Shown one piece after another: positions 60,993 through 64,000 of a stretch of 64,000 nt of DNA. Position 1 is the stretch's first letter, and each line of letters starts with the position of its first letter. Made by a program: the position numbers and the translations under genes. Source of the DNA: Botryllus schlosseri (Eukaryota); assembly GCA_051294905.1 (NCBI GenBank), contig CM119382.1, positions 12,276,001 to 12,340,000 on the forward strand. The letters are read 5' to 3'. The notes beneath the pieces are model-generated. The model saw nothing but the letters and a program-made list of their open reading frames with translations, was not told where the DNA came from and did not search any database.

Positions 60993-62554
60993 ATGAGGAC
61001 GGAAAATTGCAACAGACAGGAAAAGTTTAGAATAATTGAATTGATAGAAGAATATATTGAAACCAAAGAAGACAAAAAGACTGACGGCAAAACAAAAAGA
61101 TGCGGCCTGAGATGTAATCAGTAAGAAATATGCAGCTATGAATACCGGTCCTGCGCGTGCAGCCGTACAACTGGCCAAATCCAGAATGTATTGAAAAATT
61201 TGAAACGAAAAGCAAAAAAGTTGTATGCATCACGACGCGTCGAACGGGCCAAAACTGGCCCACCTCCAGTTGACGAACTCCTTGGAAAAGGTTTTCGATA
61301 GGTAATTTTACTGACAATTCTTTAAAATTCGCAGTAGGAGATGTATTGTTTCCATCTGTGTTTATCGTGACTCTCTGCGTGCTTCATACTCACGTTTTAA
61401 CGCTCGTTTTGAACTGAATAGACAAATTTTGATGATCATGAGAAACATTTATTGTCTTTTTGTAATTCCCAACTACCTAACCATATCCAGAGACTGCTGC
61501 ACGTCATCAGCTATACGAAAACGACACATGGGGAACACTGCTCAGCAAATTCCTAATCTGAACCGCTCCTTGATCAATCTCCAATTGATTTTTATAGCAC
61601 TGGTATATTTATTATCACTTTTCAGACCTTATTCCATCTCAAATTGAATGTTTGAAACATCAGTATGACTACGATTGCGTATTCGATAGTCACACGAACA
61701 ATGGTGAGTGCATTTAGGACATAAACTTTTTTAATATGTTACAACCAACGACAGAGGAACTTGCATCCAATTTTAACTTGCAACAGTCTGGCTTTGCTAC
61801 AGTGCAGGTGCCTGAGCAGTCTCGTTGGCCATATTATTGTTAGGCTTGCAACTTGACTTGAAGATTTGATTTCGAGTCAGGATTTCTCATACCGTATGTC
61901 ATATTGAAGCAGTGACTCGAGTCAAATCCATTCATCCTATTCCAACTCGAGTCAAGTCATGATTTTAGTCATCCATCCTTCCTATGTGTCGCGAGGTTAA
62001 GATAAACCGTGAAAAAATAATTTGAAAGTAACTTTTCTAATGTATTTCGAACTAAAATTTTTAAATAAAATGTTTATTCAGATGCATATTCCGAAGATTC
62101 AGTTTGCATCTTCATCATCGACGAGGATGTGAACACAGAGGCTGGTTCTTCATGTCACAACAGCGATGGTAAGTTGAGGTACTAATTTGAAATCCATATG
62201 AATCGTGTTGGTACTAACATAGCCACACGAATACTTCAAATAGAACATTGCGGGTTGTTTTGATTGACATTAACATTGCTCTATTGAATTTGAACTCTAT
62301 TGAATCAATACAACTGTTGTTAAACATAGCTTTCTTGCAGCAAATGAAATTGCTGCCCTTTTCGTTGTTGATGGCGATGTGACGCTTTCTTAAGTTCCCT
62401 CGACAGACTTCAGGATGGAACACCAGACCGGTAAGTGTTAGCATACAATGATGGTGATGCAACCCACAGTTTATTCATTACTACATTCAGATATGCAAGA
62501 TGAAACAGAGAACACAAAAAGCTCAACGCCAATTGTCTCGAAAAAGAGAGCCAG
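60993..62554 (+). pseudogene. Myb/SANT-like (MSANTD/Harbinger ORF2-type) DNA-binding protein pseudogene
   Basis: Exon 60993-61290 reads across frameshifts as MRTENC..QEKFRIIELIEEY..K.TD..KDAA*DVISKKY...RT.GQIQNVLKNLKRKAKK...RVERAKTG. Candidate downstream exons 62082-62168 and 62491-62554. Confidence 0.65.
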
Positions 62555-62827
62555 GTGTGTTGATGAAAAAAATCATATTTTAAAGGTCAACTGCATCTTC
62601 ATGACAACTTTGCGGAATCATGTTCAGAATTATTTTTCATAACGAAATTACCGACTTTCCGTGTTTCAACTCAATCGGAAATTGCCGTAATTTTGACTGA
62701 AAGTTCCAATATTGGCATGTTTACAGAAAAAGCAGAATGTGCATTGTGACGTCAAGTGAGTGACACATATTATCAACACGGGTCACAGCGGCTGTTTGTG
62801 TTCTCGCAGTTTTTATTCTAGTCAGTT

Positions 62828-63584
62828 ATGGCCGAGGTTTCCATTGTAACGGATTTGCCAAGTGATATTGAGACTGAGTCCGAGTACTCGGATGTCGAAT
62901 GTTAGTGTCATTTTTGCACGTACTTACAAAATTACCGTTTAAATGCCGGATTGGTTCAGGTGTTGATGCGCTCGATACCACGTCAGTGGAACCCCCTGCA
63001 GCTTCATATGATGGGACATAATCAGCTTAGCTTGCTCAGCGCAAGCCACTCGTCGAGACTACATGAAATACAGTAGTATATATATACTCTGTAGTGTAAT
63101 AGCTCGTTTCAGTCATGTAACCTGATATCTGATATCTTGATAAGTTTTTGCTGTAAGGAGGTTCCGAGAGCTACTGACAGGATTAAAGTGTATCACAGAA
63201 TTGCCAGGATGCAATTCTGTGTGTCAGGACGTTGACGTATTGGAGATGTCCTACAATGGATATCAACAGGAATATGGCCGCAGAATAATAACATCGAGTT
63301 CAATGCATGAATGGGATGAGTCTCTGATTCGGTTGCCAAATACTTTTCTCGCACTAATACACTTGTTTTCCCTTTTCAGGAAGTTGAAACATACTGCATA
63401 CAGAAATTGTGTTCGCTGGGTATGGGGATTCTGTGGCAAAAACCAGCAGAAAATCCTGCCTGCATGCGTTGTTACTGCTGTCCGAACAAAATTTACGTCA
63501 AATTCTTACAAAGGATTCCAGTTCAGTACGCCACATTGTGAATGTACACTGTGCAGTTGTATTCCAAATAATAAACACATATAA
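62828..63584 (+). pseudogene. KolX / P2X7-ballast (Zn-coordinating cysteine domain)-like protein, disrupted
   Basis: FCCKE...CITELPGCNSVCQDVDVLEMSYNGYQQEYG and LKHTAYRNCVRWVWGFCGK...ILPACVV.AVRTKF...YKGF match the P2X7 C-terminal-like family pattern; stops and frameshifts upstream. Confidence 0.75.
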
Positions 63585-63665
63585 CTCATCGACCAAAATA
63601 ACTACTGTGTCAGGCAGAAAAGCATATCGGGTTTTATGTCGGGCAATAGCTTCCTCTCTGCTAAT

Positions 63666-64000
63666 TTAGATTATGCTGCGAGTCAGAGGAGGTGGAACGG
63701 TCTCAGCACAATCGCTCAACTCAACAGTTTCTGGTCCAGTTCTGATGAGTGCTTGAACTTCTTCGACAAGCCCATTGCAGTAATCTAGAACAGGCACAAC
63801 AATATGACGAAATCTTATGATGCAGTCAGATCGACGGCAGTTACCAAATGTTGAATTTCCAAGTATCTTGTGGACCGTACATTCCCCATTTTTGTACTTC
63901 TGGTATTTGACCGCGGTGCTCCTTCTTTCAACATTTTCTGAGTTTTCGAGCAATTTTCATTGAAATGCAGGATTGCCAACTGCATCCTACAATAAATGCA
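63666..64000 (-). pseudogene. Kolobok transposase C-terminal remnant
   Basis: RMQLAILHFNEN (LAxLHFNEN motif), then KYKNGECTVHKI..STFG and VPPPLT, with a frameshift. Confidence 0.72.

Larger units (their letters stand above)
59787..64000 (+). mobile_element. Probable PIF/Harbinger-like element (left end), hosting hAT and Kolobok insertions; runs off the window
   Basis: TAA|GGGTGGATTGCACA terminus, AATCGGC/GCCGATT subterminal repeats (60583-60730), Myb/SANT-like gene remnant downstream. Other end and transposase not seen. Confidence 0.45.
62584..64000. mobile_element. Kolobok DNA transposon (one end; continues past the window), decayed
   Basis: TTAA|AGGTCAAC terminus (TTAA 62580-62583); two convergent ORFs, KolX-like (+) and transposase C-terminus (-). 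Confidence 0.75.

Overview
This is AT-rich eukaryotic (animal) genomic DNA with spliceosomal introns as short as about 67-72 bp and dense transposon traffic. An invertebrate chordate such as an ascidian is plausible, but that is inference only. I assembled four multi-exon protein genes by hand, and splice phases are consistent throughout. (1) A TCF23/TCF24-type bHLH gene on the minus strand, 11309-18050. (2) A head-to-head beta-microseminoprotein (PSP94)-like secreted protein carrying an extra ~73-aa internal exon, + strand, 19998-23406. (3) An intron-containing NFIL3/E4BP4/vrille bZIP repressor, + strand, 27102-34465 at minimum; the 5' end is uncertain. (4) A MARVEL-domain 4-TM protein with an unusual ~420-aa His/Arg/Gly-rich cytoplasmic tail and one GC-AG intron, + strand, 43388-56453. 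The rest is mostly non-autonomous hAT elements (Ac/Tol2-like and Buster/Charlie-like, many with intact 8-bp TSDs), including a 4-deep nested stack at 2.8-6.4 kb. There are also a decayed piggyBac, a Harbinger-like element with a Myb/SANT pseudogene, a Kolobok element with a P2X7-ballast-like (KolX) ORF, CR1/L2-type LINE 3' fragments and tRNA-derived SINEs. No rRNA, true tRNA or CRISPR was seen. Family names come from recalled motifs; no database search was run.
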